This document shows positions 53,328 to 53,372 of a stretch of 53,372 bases of DNA, piece after piece; positions within the stretch are counted from its first letter, which is position 1, and each line of letters starts with the position of its first letter. The translations under genes and the position numbers were made by a program. Origin of the DNA: Candidatus Aerophobota bacterium (lineage in GTDB: Bacteria; Aerophobota; Aerophobia; Aerophobales; B47-G16); the NCBI GenBank assembly GCA_003648815.1, contig QMPZ01000001.1, forward strand, positions 1 to 53,372, written 5' to 3'. The notes under the pieces are model-generated. The model had not been told where the DNA came from. It saw only the letters and a program-made list of their open reading frames with translations, and did not search any database.

Positions 53328-53372
53328 AGATGCTTTCCCTTTACCAATGCAAAATCGGCCCTTGCTTCCTCA

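Noticed and set aside
53087-53347. 86-aa minus-strand ORF (MVKGKHLPSPFTLHSSLFTL...)
   Set aside because: It is simply the stop-free reverse complement of the heptamer array, read on through the -35/-10 promoter and the hairpin element. The peptide is a low-complexity repeat with no SD.
53329-53372. Possible + strand ORF start (ATG 53329, MLSLYQCKIGPCFL..) running off the window
   Set aside because: Only 14 codons are visible, and the SD spacing (GAGGGG, 2 nt) is poor. The call cannot be made without the downstream sequence.

Overview
This is a 53.4-kb, densely packed bacterial chromosomal segment with about 51 supported CDS and 6 tRNA genes. I found no rRNA, CRISPR array, transposase or recognisable defence operon.

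Gene content is almost entirely housekeeping:
- Seven aminoacyl-tRNA synthetases: argS (partial), gltX, ileS, hisS, aspS, alaS, cysS.
- fabG-acpP-fabF-rnc.
- rplM, priA, ruvX, mltG, recX, pilT.
- A 5-gene Opp/Dpp-type peptide ABC transporter.
- A Bacillus-like radA-disA-yacL-ispD-ispF-cysS block, followed by mreB, murA, mfd and prfA.

Every gene left of about 33.0 kb is on the + strand and every gene to the right is on the - strand. This convergent switch is a candidate replication terminus.

I could not identify a convincing multi-gene novel system. The most unusual content is non-coding:
1. A family of about 84-nt elements, each an AT-rich arm plus a G/C hairpin containing GCGAAGC. Copies occur at three loci. 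Two of them bracket a small HNH endonuclease gene. One has a perfect 9-bp flanking duplication and a clean empty-site reconstruction. The other sits between a near-consensus promoter and the HNH start.
2. A 13-unit heptanucleotide array, (T[GA]A[AG]G[AG]G)n, that places stop codons in all three + frames. Short copies occur at two gene junctions.
3. A patchwork convergent intergenic region holding a perfect 31-nt copy of an internal cysS segment and a 34/36 copy of an OsmC-gene segment.

Other points:
- V/A-type ATPase C and F subunit genes sit apart from any other ATPase subunit.
- PriA lacks Walker A and DExH motifs.
- There is an unlisted bS22-like 29-aa ORF.
- rplM has no adjacent rpsI.

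All product calls rest on motif and family recognition by eye. No database search or folding program was run.
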